The notes beneath the pieces were generated by a model. The model saw nothing but the letters and a program-made list of their open reading frames with translations, ran no database searches and was not told where the DNA came from. Positions 29,514 through 40,007 of a stretch of 64,000 bases of DNA are shown here, piece after piece. A program made the position numbers and the translations under genes. The stretch's first letter is position 1. Every line of letters starts with the position of its first letter. Source of the stretch: a virus; the IMG/VR virus record IMGVR_UViG_3300044984_001443, positions 5,608-69,607 of that record, one strand, 5' to 3'.

Positions 29514-30983
29514 TTGCCCGTGTTATCTTTCGACGAATGGCAGAAGTCGCAGCAACAACCGGCGCAAGCGCAACAACCTCTGTCATTCACTGATTGGCAA
29601 CAACCTATGTCGCTCCCTGATTGGGAATATGACTATGCGTATGACCCCGCCAAAGGTGTGACCCAGAACGATCTGTTGGGTGACTACTACGGCAAACTCT
29701 CCAACGAATATCTTCCTCAGCTAGATACGTTTGCTCAGCAGAATGCTGGACGAATGGTTGCGTTTGATCCTAACAAATTCAAATCCATCGAGGATTTTGG
29801 ATGGGGTGATAGTCGGGGAGATCTTCGTGGAGATTTGATAGCAGACGGTTATTACATCGGTGATCAATTCACAAGTTTTAGTTCTAATCCATGGGATGGT
29901 TTTGCTGAAGATAGACAAGTTGGAACAGGTCCGTATTATCAAGATGCTGATGGAAAATGGCAGCAGTTTAATTCTGGATATGACCCCTCAACAGGTAGAA
30001 GAATAGACGAATGGAAAAGGTATTCTGATTCGTTAGCCGACGGAACATTGCTTCATTCGGGTTATATGGACGAGTATGGTTCTTTTCAATCTACCAAAGA
30101 ACTCGGAGCATTCCGTAACGCCAGTGAAGAACAACGGTTAAAAGATATCATTGTTCAGGATGGATCCTACAAAACGGGGAACAAGGGTTATCACGACTTC
30201 ATGAGTTCTCAACAACTTGTTGATGCCTCTAAGAAAGGCGATGAGAAGTGGAGTAAAGATTATGCCTATGAAGAATCTATTGCACCACTGCTGAATGATC
30301 CTAATTGGGTTCAGCGGGATGAGTCTGGGAATATAACAAATATCCGAGCAGAACTATATCCTTATCTAATGCGTCAAGCACTAGGCGATGAATATAGCGG
30401 CATGTCTCGTGGGGGTACAAAGAGGTCCGGTGGTTTTGGTGATGTGGTCAAAGGTCTGGTATTAGGTGTCGCTACTGGAGGACTAGGTTTGGCCGGAGCA
30501 GGGGCACTCGGTTTGGCCTCGGGTAGTCTTGCAAGCGGTCTGACAGCAGGCGCTATTTCCGGCGGACTATCATCTGCATTGACTGGTGGCGATGTTCTCA
30601 AAGGCGCTTTGACGGGTGGTGTCACTGGTGGTTTGACAAAGTTCGCAAGTCCTTATGTTGGTAGTGGATTGAATAACATGGGTGTTACAAACCCATTGCT
30701 TAACAAAACTCTAACCGGGGGTATAATTGGCTCCGGTGTAAGTGCTGTAAAAGGTGGAAACGCAGGAACAGGTTTCTTGACAGGTGCGACAAATGCACTT
30801 GGTCAACAATTAGGAAATCAAGTGTTCGGTTCCGACAAGTCCTTTGTAAAAGATCTAGCTGTCAACGCCGGTACAGGCGCAGTCAATTCAGCTATCACCG
30901 GTCGCAAATACGACCCATCTTCGTTGATTAACGGTAAGAATTTAATGTCTTTTGCTGACTGGGTCAGCTCTCAGAACGGGTGA
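29514..30983 (+). CDS. putative internal virion/ejection protein
   Basis: Gly/Ala/Leu-rich C-terminal zipper (GGLSSALTGGDVLKGALTGG); after tail genes. Confidence 0.55.
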   Translation: MPVLSFDEWQKSQQQPAQAQQPLSFTDWQQPMSLPDWEYDYAYDPAKGVTQNDLLGDYYGKLSNEYLPQLDTFAQQNAGRMVAFDPNKFKSIEDFGWGDSRGDLRGDLIADGYYIGDQFTSFSSNPWDGFAEDRQVGTGPYYQDADGKWQQFNSGYDPSTGRRIDEWKRYSDSLADGTLLHSGYMDEYGSFQSTKELGAFRNASEEQRLKDIIVQDGSYKTGNKGYHDFMSSQQLVDASKKGDEKWSKDYAYEESIAPLLNDPNWVQRDESGNITNIRAELYPYLMRQALGDEYSGMSRGGTKRSGGFGDVVKGLVLGVATGGLGLAGAGALGLASGSLASGLTAGAISGGLSSALTGGDVLKGALTGGVTGGLTKFASPYVGSGLNNMGVTNPLLNKTLTGGIIGSGVSAVKGGNAGTGFLTGATNALGQQLGNQVFGSDKSFVKDLAVNAGTGAVNSAITGRKYDPSSLINGKNLMSFADWVSSQNG

Positions 30984-30987
30984 TAAA

Positions 30988-31830
30988 ATGGATGACTATG
31001 GTGATCTTTTCGGCGGTACTTACGAACCTGTAGATTACAGTTCTTCAAATTGGGTACCTACCCCTTGGGATACACCTCAAACTTACGACGGACTGTCACT
31101 TACCCCTGTTGATTGGAGTCAGACGACACCTGAGCAAGAAGGTGTCGGTGTTGGTAGTTTTGGAGATTATTCGTACGATGAAGTCCTTGGGTCAATGTTT
31201 GCACCTGAATCTAATGCGAATCAAAGTACGCTGAGCAAAATTGGCAGTTTCCTTGGTGACAACTGGAAAGGTCTTTTGGCAACAGGTGTCGCAGGATTTG
31301 ATGCGTATAATCGTTACGATCAACAAAACGATAAATCCGCACAAGACGCCTTAACTGCAAACTCAACTATCCTCGGTAACGACTTCCGTAATTACTCGGG
31401 AATGACTTCCGGTGCAAGTGATCAAACGACTAAGGCGCGTGATAATGTTCTTGTCGAAGATTATATGGCTAGACAAGCATTAAGAGACGAAGTTCAACGG
31501 AGTATTTTAGAAAAAGATGGTGTCAACACAGGTGGTCTTTCTGCAATAATGAAACAATTGAACCCTGGTTACGCGGATAGAACTTCTAGAGTCGCGGGTT
31601 ACGAAAATAACTTCAATCAGTATGCAGATGACTTACTCGGTGTTCGCGATGTGCAAGGTAATTATGACCGTCTAAAGTTTGCTCAGCCACAAATTCAAAC
31701 GATCGCACCAACTTCACCAGTTCAAACGGAAAATCCATTTGCAAGCCTACTATCGGGTATCCCTGAAGATGTAGACCCTGCACTTTCTTCAGCGTATATG
31801 TCCTACCTCAATTCCTTTGGTCAGGGTTAA
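30988..31830 (+). CDS. putative internal virion/ejection protein
   Basis: ORF in ejectosome-like block. Confidence 0.5.
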   Translation: MDDYGDLFGGTYEPVDYSSSNWVPTPWDTPQTYDGLSLTPVDWSQTTPEQEGVGVGSFGDYSYDEVLGSMFAPESNANQSTLSKIGSFLGDNWKGLLATGVAGFDAYNRYDQQNDKSAQDALTANSTILGNDFRNYSGMTSGASDQTTKARDNVLVEDYMARQALRDEVQRSILEKDGVNTGGLSAIMKQLNPGYADRTSRVAGYENNFNQYADDLLGVRDVQGNYDRLKFAQPQIQTIAPTSPVQTENPFASLLSGIPEDVDPALSSAYMSYLNSFGQG

Positions 31831-31832
31831 TC

Positions 31833-32750
31833 ATGGCACAAATCCAAGACGCCTTCCAGTACAGCAGTCAGTCCAATAGTTCAGGTAGTTCTTCAACTGA
31901 CCAGCTTCCGAATTGGTATTTGAATGCTGGGAATAAGTCTACTGACTATTTCAATAAACAACTGAACAATCTTCCGACGCAAGGTTATCAGGGTGATCGC
32001 TACGCCGGTTTGTCTGGTCTACAGCAGTCGGGTATCGGACAAGGTCAGGGGTACATTGACCAAAGTCAACCGATGTACGGTCAGGGTGCAAACATGATGG
32101 GTCAGGGTGGAAACCTGATGCAAGGGGCATACAATCGCTTGAGCGGTGCTGGTCAGTATGATCCTGCTCAGATGCAACAGCACATGAACCCGTATTTGAA
32201 CGGCGCATTGAACACAATGACCAATCTGGCAAATAGGAACTTGACTGAGAACGTTATGCCCGGAGTAAACAGTACCTTTACCGGGGCAGGGCAGTTTGGC
32301 TCTACACGCAACGCTGATTTTATGAACCGTGCAATTCGTGACAACCAAGACAGTATCAACAATGCAGCGGGGACAATGTTGAACCAGTCTTACGATCAAG
32401 CTGCAAATGACTATCTGAACTGGGATAAATCTGCCATTGACGCAGGTCAGGCGATGGGTTCTACTGGTCAGAATATGGGTGCGCTCGGACAAATGATGGG
32501 CCAATATGGTATCACTGGTCTGAACACTGGTATGAACCTTGGTCAAATGTCACAAGCTGATCAACAGGCTGCACTTGATGCACAGAAAGCTCAATGGACT
32601 GAGAACTACACGTTCCCGAACGATGTTTACGGTGGTCTTTCTAACGCCTACAACACCTCTGTCGGACGTCTTACCAATCAAGGTTCCATGTCTCAAAGTT
32701 CTAGCGGATCGAATACTTCGTATCGTACTGACAGCGGTATCACTGTTTAA
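31833..32750 (+). CDS. DNA pilot/ejection protein
   Basis: Gln/Gly-rich; MNPYL..A, AGQFGSTR motif typical of podovirus ejection proteins. Confidence 0.65.
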   Translation: MAQIQDAFQYSSQSNSSGSSSTDQLPNWYLNAGNKSTDYFNKQLNNLPTQGYQGDRYAGLSGLQQSGIGQGQGYIDQSQPMYGQGANMMGQGGNLMQGAYNRLSGAGQYDPAQMQQHMNPYLNGALNTMTNLANRNLTENVMPGVNSTFTGAGQFGSTRNADFMNRAIRDNQDSINNAAGTMLNQSYDQAANDYLNWDKSAIDAGQAMGSTGQNMGALGQMMGQYGITGLNTGMNLGQMSQADQQAALDAQKAQWTENYTFPNDVYGGLSNAYNTSVGRLTNQGSMSQSSSGSNTSYRTDSGITV

Positions 32751-32759
32751 GGAATCAAA

Positions 32760-34385
32760 ATGGCGTCTCCTTTGGATATCTACGCAGACCTGCAAGAGGA
32801 ATACGGTCGCCTCACGCAAGAGGAATTGGCTAACCGCGCAGCGCAAGTCAGTTCCCTTGGTGGCGCATTGTCGCAGATGAAGTCTGCTCGTGGTTCCCGC
32901 CTTGATCCTCAGTTCTCAGCTTTGATTGGTGCGCTAGGTGGTGCTTTCCGCAACAATACCTCTGCCGGTGCAGAAGGTCTGAAGGCGTACAACGAAGCTC
33001 AGGCACAACTCGAAGCCGATCCGGTTAACGAATACAATGCCGTCGGCGGTTATTTGACCAAAGAGACCGATCGTATTACCGAACTCAAGAAAGCCCTTTT
33101 GGCAGGTATGAAGGGGTTGAAGGCAGATCAAGGGAATGGTTGGAGAAGTGATTTCAAAGTAATCGGTAACGCAGGCGTTGCTTTCAATCCGAACACAATG
33201 GAAGTAGAAGAGATTTATCGTAACGAAGCCAATTCGCCTTTGTATGGCAGAATTTATGATGAATTCTTGAAGCAATCTTTGAAACCTGAACTTCGTTTTG
33301 AAGGTCCTGATGCAGATGAAAAACGTCTGGCATGGGTGGCAAACAAAACTGATGCCGCTATGAAAATGGCTAAAGCTACTGACAAGACTCGTATCGGTAG
33401 CCCTGATCCTTACCCGACTGACGGTGGTGTTCATCGCCCTGGAATGGACCCTAACACTTTGCCGAAACCTGTTCAGTTCAGCTTTACACCTGATCAAATC
33501 GCTAAGTTCAAAGACCCTGCTTATTTGGCGCATGTTAGAAAGTCAATGTTACCTGAAGAAGCAGCACAGTTTGACGCATGGTTGAAAGCGCAGGCTCCTA
33601 CATTGGCGCAACCCGCTGGCCCAGTGAGCGGTGCTCCTGCTGCAAAAGCGGCAAGTGGTGGTCCGGAGTTAATGACTCCTGAAATTCTGAAGATGAAGGA
33701 AGAGCAGTACAAGAACTACGCTAAGGAACACGCTGCTGATAAGGATGCACTCAAGTCTTCTTTGAGCATGATACCTTCAATGAGCGTGATGAAAGCCATC
33801 CTTAGTAACAAAGACATGCGTATGATGAGTGGTCCGTTGCATGAGAAATTGGTTGCCGGTGCGGGTTATTTGAACTATCTTGATCCTGACAGTAAGTTTG
33901 TCAAGGTAGGTGATGATGTGCCGACATACTTCTCCAATATGATGAACTTGGTTCGTGACAAAATTCAAGCTCTTGGTTCAGGTACAGCAGTGTCTAACCT
34001 TGACTTGATCGTTACGCAAAAGTCCGTTGGTGACCTTCGTAACAATCCTGAAGGTAACAAGAAATTGCTCGCCATCATGGACTTGCAGAATGCCACTTTG
34101 AATGAGAAGTTGGGCAAAAAGATTGGTTACTTTGAATCCAATAAGAACGGATATGAAGGTTATGATCAGGTTGCGATAAAGAACGCGGATGAGCCGACGC
34201 ACATTATTCGCCGTGATCAGAACACTGGGAATTATTACGTCCAGAACAAATCTGATTGGGTCAAAGAATGGTCTGCCAAGAAAAAGATGAAACCTGAAGA
34301 AATCGTTAAGTATTGGAAGAACGAAGCCAATGACGCTACGGCGAAATTGGTTGACGGTACTTCTATCAAGTTCGGAGGTCGGTAA
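32760..34385 (+). CDS. putative ejection protein
   Basis: helical; GSGTAVSNLDL motif; block position. Confidence 0.55.
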   Translation: MASPLDIYADLQEEYGRLTQEELANRAAQVSSLGGALSQMKSARGSRLDPQFSALIGALGGAFRNNTSAGAEGLKAYNEAQAQLEADPVNEYNAVGGYLTKETDRITELKKALLAGMKGLKADQGNGWRSDFKVIGNAGVAFNPNTMEVEEIYRNEANSPLYGRIYDEFLKQSLKPELRFEGPDADEKRLAWVANKTDAAMKMAKATDKTRIGSPDPYPTDGGVHRPGMDPNTLPKPVQFSFTPDQIAKFKDPAYLAHVRKSMLPEEAAQFDAWLKAQAPTLAQPAGPVSGAPAAKAASGGPELMTPEILKMKEEQYKNYAKEHAADKDALKSSLSMIPSMSVMKAILSNKDMRMMSGPLHEKLVAGAGYLNYLDPDSKFVKVGDDVPTYFSNMMNLVRDKIQALGSGTAVSNLDLIVTQKSVGDLRNNPEGNKKLLAIMDLQNATLNEKLGKKIGYFESNKNGYEGYDQVAIKNADEPTHIIRRDQNTGNYYVQNKSDWVKEWSAKKKMKPEEIVKYWKNEANDATAKLVDGTSIKFGGR

Positions 34386-36163
34386 TGGGCTTTACATCTG
34401 ACGAAGACTTTGCTTCAACAATGATTAAACCTGAAGGTTTGAAACAAGGGTTTACCACTGAAAAAGATTATGGCGCTCCGACCAACGATGCGAATTTGAA
34501 CGTCGCAAAAAGTCGCGGACGCATGTCTTCGTTTGGTACAGGTGTCGGTTACGGTACAAAGCAAATCAAGAACGCTTTAGAAGAAGCGTATCTGAAGTTT
34601 GTTGGTACTGACCAAGAACGTGAAGACTTGCAGAAAGAAATCGCGCATGAGAAGGACGTTTACGGGCGCGTCACCTCTAAATGGAATCCAAATGCAGGGT
34701 ACATGAAGGGTGGTAACACTGCTGCTCAGGTTGGATTTGGCATGGCACTGCCGACTGCACAATCAAAAACAATGGGTGCGCGTGCGTTGGTCAATGCACT
34801 TATCGGCGGTGGTTACGAAGGACTGACCACATCAGGTTCTTTTGGTGACCGTTTGGGTGCTGCTGGCCTTGGCGCTACCGGTTCTGGAGCAGGTTCCGTT
34901 GGTATGGATTTGATTGCCAAGCGTCTTAGCTCTTGGTTGGGAAAAAGTACGCAACCTGAAGCAATCGCTCGTCGTGACGCAATGGTTCGTAAAGGTTTTG
35001 AACCTCGTATCGGTGATATTGCAGACCCCCATACCGCAACCTTACTTAAATCTGGCGAGAACCTGTTGGCTGATACCACGTTGGGCGCAACAAAGTTCAC
35101 CGATGATATCGCTGGTATCGAACGCATGATTGTTCCAGATCGTGCAACAGGTATCAATGCGCTGACCTCAATCGGTAAAGAAACTGAAAAAGGTGTTCGC
35201 GCAGCTTCCAATGTAATGTGGGAACCGTTTGAACAAGCCATTCAAGGGAATGTTACCAAGGTTCGCCCCGTTGGTTTACATGAATCATTAAATAAGATCC
35301 TTGTTGAATATCCGCAAGTGTTTAGTCAGACCAATATCCCAAATCAAATTACTCGGGATAAGCTGATGAACATTGCAAGCATGGATCCTAAGAAATTGCA
35401 ATCTATTCCAATAGGTGAATATCATGATCTTCGCAAAGCGTTAGGTGCAGTCACGGCCAATGTAAAGATCAAGGCCACCCCGATTGCAGCAGGGTCTCCC
35501 GCTCCATTGGATAAGAAAGCTGTAGGGATGGTTAAAGATCTTTACCGCAAAAGTTCAGAGGACATTGACCGTTGGGGTCGCAACGGAAGTAATCAAAAAG
35601 CGCATCAGCTTTTCAGCAAGGCCAATGAAGAGTACAAGAACGTAATCCTTCCTTGGGAAGAGAACACTATTGCCAAAGGGTTGAAAGAAGGTCCGGATAA
35701 GTTCGGTACAAAGGAAACCGCCCAATTGGTCAGTGGTGGAGATCGCCTTGAAGCCAATGAGGTTAGAGACCTTATCAAGAAGTTCGGTCCGTATGGTGAA
35801 TCTGATGCGATTGATGTGTTAACAGGTATGAGTCGTCAAGGGCAAGGTGTTACAGGGCATGATCCAATTCTTTCTGGTATGGATGTGACCAGAGGTATCT
35901 TGGCATCACCATTGGCAATGGCTTCGCGAATGAAACCTGTTCAAGATGTTTACTTTGGTGATCCACTGCTTGGCAGTAAAGCGATGAACACTGCTCGCCG
36001 TGCAGGTATGGGTTACGCAAGAGAACACGGTGATGTTCCATTAGTTGGTGGTTTGGCACTTTACGATCTTTTGTTTGGTGGCGGTGAAGACGGCGATCGT
36101 AATTCTGACGAACCGGGTGTCAATATGCCTATCAGCAGTGCAAATCAAATGGGCACAAGGTAA
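34385..36163 (+). CDS. putative ejection protein
   Basis: Gly/Ala-rich N-terminal half, helical C-terminal half; last gene of the virion block. Confidence 0.55.
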   Translation: MGFTSDEDFASTMIKPEGLKQGFTTEKDYGAPTNDANLNVAKSRGRMSSFGTGVGYGTKQIKNALEEAYLKFVGTDQEREDLQKEIAHEKDVYGRVTSKWNPNAGYMKGGNTAAQVGFGMALPTAQSKTMGARALVNALIGGGYEGLTTSGSFGDRLGAAGLGATGSGAGSVGMDLIAKRLSSWLGKSTQPEAIARRDAMVRKGFEPRIGDIADPHTATLLKSGENLLADTTLGATKFTDDIAGIERMIVPDRATGINALTSIGKETEKGVRAASNVMWEPFEQAIQGNVTKVRPVGLHESLNKILVEYPQVFSQTNIPNQITRDKLMNIASMDPKKLQSIPIGEYHDLRKALGAVTANVKIKATPIAAGSPAPLDKKAVGMVKDLYRKSSEDIDRWGRNGSNQKAHQLFSKANEEYKNVILPWEENTIAKGLKEGPDKFGTKETAQLVSGGDRLEANEVRDLIKKFGPYGESDAIDVLTGMSRQGQGVTGHDPILSGMDVTRGILASPLAMASRMKPVQDVYFGDPLLGSKAMNTARRAGMGYAREHGDVPLVGGLALYDLLFGGGEDGDRNSDEPGVNMPISSANQMGTR

Positions 36164-36831
36164 CTTGAGCAAAGTGCGGTAGGCTACCATAGCTACCCAC
36201 TTGCTCAAACCCTGCTGCTGGCCGTCTCCTGGCCTGCTACAAAGCAATTTAGCGCCCGTTTTGCCCTGTGTTTACAGGTTACACGGTAAGGCGTCATTTA
36301 ATTTGTAAACATTCGTAAGGTCAGATGTTTACAACCTTGCTCAACAACCCTACAGTGTAGTGCCGATTTAGCATATAGGGTTTATTGCATTGCAACAAAG
36401 CATTAGGGGTTAGCTAAGTTTATTGCCACCAAAACATATTGCAAAATAAAAAGCCGGCATATATTACTAGCCTAACTTACTAAACATTGGTGTAAGTGCT
36501 TGTTTTTATTGGGCAGTTCACTAAACACAAATCGATCACTTTAACGTTAGCGTGACAGCATAAGCAAACGCTTATATAGGTATGCTTAAATTGTCGTCTT
36601 AGGAGTTTGTGCACTGCAACAATTGTAATGCTTTGGTTAATGAAACTCACTCTGACGCGGGATAGAATATTATATAAATATTTCTTGAGAATTGAGACGA
36701 TATGGGTGGTCGAAGGACGATTGTTTGAGCAACTGTTGCTGCGACGTTTGGTTGCAATGACAATTGTTTTGTGCCACAATTGGCTTACTGTTAATTAACA
36801 GTATCGTAAAACATAGGTTAAAGGAGAAGTT
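36164..36831. other. non-coding control region (candidate replication origin or genome-end region)
   Basis: ~670 nt without a convincing ORF; hairpin 36166-36208; inverted repeat TTGTAAACAT/ATGTTTACAA 36303-36334; AT-rich; GA/TC-free tract. Confidence 0.5.
36752..36780 (+). promoter_or_regulatory. sigma70-like promoter TTGCAA-17-CACAAT
   Basis: hexamers with 17-nt spacer; member of repeated promoter family. Confidence 0.55.
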
Positions 36832-37050
36832 ATGTTACCGAGTTTTAAATTTGGTCCGGTTGTATTGGTGATTATCGCAGCTATATCAATTGGATATTAT
36901 GCAGGACGTAATTCAATAAAACAGATTGATCGTATATGCCCTGAGCAGAAGGCGAAGTTGATAACGTCAAGTCATTCAAATGCTGGTACGATTTGTGTCT
37001 ATCAAGAACCTTGGAAGAACAAAGGTAAGATCAAGAGGATTGAACTATGA
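36832..37050 (+). CDS. small membrane-anchored protein
   Basis: AAGGAG RBS, N-terminal TM. Confidence 0.6.
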   Translation: MLPSFKFGPVVLVIIAAISIGYYAGRNSIKQIDRICPEQKAKLITSSHSNAGTICVYQEPWKNKGKIKRIEL

Positions 37051-38498
37051 TTTTCAAACGTAAGCCGCGTGACTATCAGCTTGAAGACTTTGAACGGTCA
37101 AAAGACCTGCGAAACTTCGCCCTTCTATTCGAAATGGGGTTAGGGAAATCCAAGGTAACAAATGACACTGCGTTGCACTTATACAGCAAGGGGAAGATCA
37201 ATGCTGTTGCGATCATTGCCCCGAAAGGTATTCATGCAAAATGGGCCAAGGAAGATTTTCCTAATGACTTCCCAGATGGATTGGAATACCGTGCCGCCGT
37301 TTGGCGTTCTGGTAATCAGAAGTCAATTGATGAATGTGAGCGATTATTCAACCCTGGTGAGCGACTTCGCATACTTTGTATGAACATTGAGGCGTTGAGT
37401 CAAGACAAAGGTCCTGCTGAAAAGTTCCTGATTCGCTTTCTTGACTCGACTGATTGCATGTTGGTTGTTGATGAGTCTGATACTATCAAGAATCCAGATG
37501 CCAAACGAACAAAACGCTTGCTCAAATTGGGTGACAAAGCATCTTACAAGCGGATATTGACAGGTACTCCGATCAATAACTCGGTTTTTGATCTGTATTC
37601 GCAAATGACCTTCCTTGACACTGACATCTTTGGTCAATCGTTTACGAGTTTCAAGCACACTTACGCAGAAGTTCTGCCTCCGACACATCCTACAATGATG
37701 GCAATCATGCGGAAAGGTGCGCGTTTTGCTCCAGTGCTGGTTGAAAAGGATGTTGACGGTAAGCCGAAGTGGAAGAATCTTGATAAGTTGAAAGAGGTGA
37801 TGAAACCGTATGTCGCAATACGGCTCAAGAAAGACCATTCAGATCTCCCTGACAAAGTATATCAGTCAATTTATTATGATCTTGAACGTCGGCAGCGCAG
37901 ATTATACGATGAATTAAAGCTCAAAGCGAAGATCGCACTTGAAGATGATACGGTGACTGTCCTGCATAAGATGACATTGATCATGCGTTTGCAGCAAGTT
38001 TTGTCAGGTTATCTTCCAGGTGATACGACTGATGATTTGATTCCATTGTTCAACAATCCAAAAGACAATCCGCGCATTGAAGCTCTATTGACCTTGCTTG
38101 AAACAGTGAGCGGTCAGGTTATCATTTGGTGTCGCTTTGTTGATGAAATCAAACAAATTGCCAAACTTCTTGGTGACGAATGTATCACCTACTTCGGTGA
38201 GACTACGAATCGTGAAGAACGCATTGAATTGTTCAAGACCGGAAAGGTTCGCTACATGGTTGCGAACACTGCGGTCGGCGGAGCAGGTTTGAACTTGTCA
38301 AACAGTGCGACGGCTGTCTACTACAGTAACGACTTCAGTTATCGCAACCGCGCTCAGTCGGAAGACCGACAACACCGCATCGGTCAAACTGAAACTGTGA
38401 CCTGTATTGATATCGTTGCTGATAATACTGTTGATGAGCATATCACCAAGATTCTTCGTGACAAGAAGGATATCAGTCATGAAATGATGACGTTATAA
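37047..38498 (+). CDS. SNF2-family (superfamily 2) helicase
   Basis: EMGLGKS, VVDES, LTGTP, GGAGLNL, QSEDRQHRIGQ. Confidence 0.92.
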   Translation: MIFKRKPRDYQLEDFERSKDLRNFALLFEMGLGKSKVTNDTALHLYSKGKINAVAIIAPKGIHAKWAKEDFPNDFPDGLEYRAAVWRSGNQKSIDECERLFNPGERLRILCMNIEALSQDKGPAEKFLIRFLDSTDCMLVVDESDTIKNPDAKRTKRLLKLGDKASYKRILTGTPINNSVFDLYSQMTFLDTDIFGQSFTSFKHTYAEVLPPTHPTMMAIMRKGARFAPVLVEKDVDGKPKWKNLDKLKEVMKPYVAIRLKKDHSDLPDKVYQSIYYDLERRQRRLYDELKLKAKIALEDDTVTVLHKMTLIMRLQQVLSGYLPGDTTDDLIPLFNNPKDNPRIEALLTLLETVSGQVIIWCRFVDEIKQIAKLLGDECITYFGETTNREERIELFKTGKVRYMVANTAVGGAGLNLSNSATAVYYSNDFSYRNRAQSEDRQHRIGQTETVTCIDIVADNTVDEHITKILRDKKDISHEMMTL

Positions 38499-38504
38499 CG
38501 CCGC

Positions 38505-38533
38505 TTGCATTGACCTGTAATAGTGGGTAAACT
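38505..38533 (+). promoter_or_regulatory. sigma70-like promoter TTGCAT-17-TAAACT
   Basis: hexamers with 17-nt spacer in intergenic gap. Confidence 0.6.
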
Positions 38534-38568
38534 TGCTGCACTTACTAAATTGTTTATAGGGTAACAAA

Positions 38569-38916
38569 GTGTCTAAAGTGTACTGCGTGACTGAACCGAT
38601 CACTTACCGAGATGGTAATCCAGTTCCGTTATTTGATATTACGCCAGCGATTGAATATGGTGAGATTGAGATTTTGACTCGTCATAATCAGTCGATGCAA
38701 TTCAGCGTTCCAATGATTAGAAGTTTGCGCGACAAGTTGAAGGATTTCAATGACAATGATTTCATTCTTCCTGTTGGTGACCCGATAACTATTGGAGCAG
38801 TCTGCGCGGTTGTAGCTGATATCAATGGTGGTTATTACAAGGTGCTCAAGTGGGATAAGAGAACTCGCAAGTACATGCCGATTGAAATTCAAGTGTGGGG
38901 TAGTCAACTTTCTTAA
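38569..38916 (+). CDS. conserved phage hypothetical protein
   Basis: DITPAIEYGEI, LKDFNDNDFILPVGDP, LKWDKR..KY.PI. Confidence 0.7.
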   Translation: MSKVYCVTEPITYRDGNPVPLFDITPAIEYGEIEILTRHNQSMQFSVPMIRSLRDKLKDFNDNDFILPVGDPITIGAVCAVVADINGGYYKVLKWDKRTRKYMPIEIQVWGSQLS

Positions 38917-38929
38917 TATAGGTGCTATA

Positions 38930-39439
38930 ATGGAAAAAGAATTTACGTTGAAAGACTTGATTTTTGCTGCAAAGTTGCAACAGGAGCTTGAGAATCAACT
39001 CATTAACGAAGAAAATAGGTTGAAAGAAATAAAAGAACAATTGAACTACCAGCGGTACGAAATTGTTCCTGGGATGATGCAAGAACTTGGTATCAACTCA
39101 TTTGAACTTGACAACGGTTACAAGGTGTCAATCAAGGATGAGTATTACGCCAAGATCCCTGAAGCGTTTCAGTATGAGTGTTTCGAGTGGTTGCGTAAGA
39201 ACGAACTTGACGGCATTATCAAAACTGCGGTAAACATGAATTTTGGCAAGGGTGAAGATGAATCTGCTCAACATCTGATTGATTGGATGACTGAGAACGG
39301 TTTAACACCTAATGTCAAAGAAACTGTTCACCCGCAGACCCTCCGCGCCTTTGTAAAGGAAAGGTTATCTAATGGTTTGGAACTTCCTATTGACTATTTT
39401 GGAGCTTCAGTAGTAAAAACTACTGTTATTTCAAAATGA
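38930..39439 (+). CDS. conserved phage replication-module protein (HNH target gene)
   Basis: IVPGMMQELGI.SF.L.NG, FEWLR.N.L.GIIK, VHPQTLRAFVKE pattern. Confidence 0.75.
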   Translation: MEKEFTLKDLIFAAKLQQELENQLINEENRLKEIKEQLNYQRYEIVPGMMQELGINSFELDNGYKVSIKDEYYAKIPEAFQYECFEWLRKNELDGIIKTAVNMNFGKGEDESAQHLIDWMTENGLTPNVKETVHPQTLRAFVKERLSNGLELPIDYFGASVVKTTVISK

Positions 39440-39996
39440 AACTTATCGATTTGGAAAGATTGAAAGAACTTCTGGACTATGATCCAGAAACAGGTTTGTT
39501 TAAGTGGAAGGTTCATTTAAAATATTCTCCAAGATACGAAGGTGACTTGGCAGGTTACAATAATGAAGGTTATGTTAAGATAACCATCGACGGCCTATCT
39601 TATAGAGCACATCACTTAGCATGGTTTATAACTACTGGAAATTGGCCCAAGTTAGAGATTGATCATATTAATGGTGACAAATCTGACAATTCAATCTCTA
39701 ACCTCAGAGATGTGACCAGAATTGTCAATATGCACAACAAAGGTGAATACAAAAATAACAAAACAGGATACACAGGTGTTCACTGGTATCCTAGATATGA
39801 AAAGTTTGCAGCACAGATAAGAACTAATGGTAAGTGTAAGACGTTAGGTTATTTTGAAACCGCTGAAGAAGCTCACGAGGCTTATCAAGAAGCCAAACTG
39901 AAACAACACCCTTCAGCGTTTGTTAAAGAACGTATGTCGGCAGGTCTTGAACTACCTGTTGACTTTTCGGAGCCTCTGTCGTTAAAACGACGGTGA
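39436..39996 (+). mobile_element. free-standing HNH homing endonuclease with AP2-like domain
   Basis: LLDYDPETGLFKW, YRAHHLAW, IDHINGDKSDNSISNLR, NNKTGYTGVHW...LGYFETAEEAHEAY; AT-rich codons. Confidence 0.9.
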
Positions 39997-40007
39997 TTTC
40001 GAAGTAA
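39916..40007 (+). pseudogene. orphaned original 3' end of gene 38930-39439
   Basis: encodes AFVKERMSAGLELPVDF(fs)GASVVKTTVISK*, a duplicate of the upstream gene's C-terminus with a 1-nt deletion. Confidence 0.85.

Noticed and set aside
36480-36798. Short ORFs in the control region
   Set aside because: No RBS, atypical composition, and they overlap promoter-like and palindromic sequence
39436-39996. Group I intron around either HNH gene
   Set aside because: No non-coding space for an intron core; the target genes are completed by duplicated ends instead
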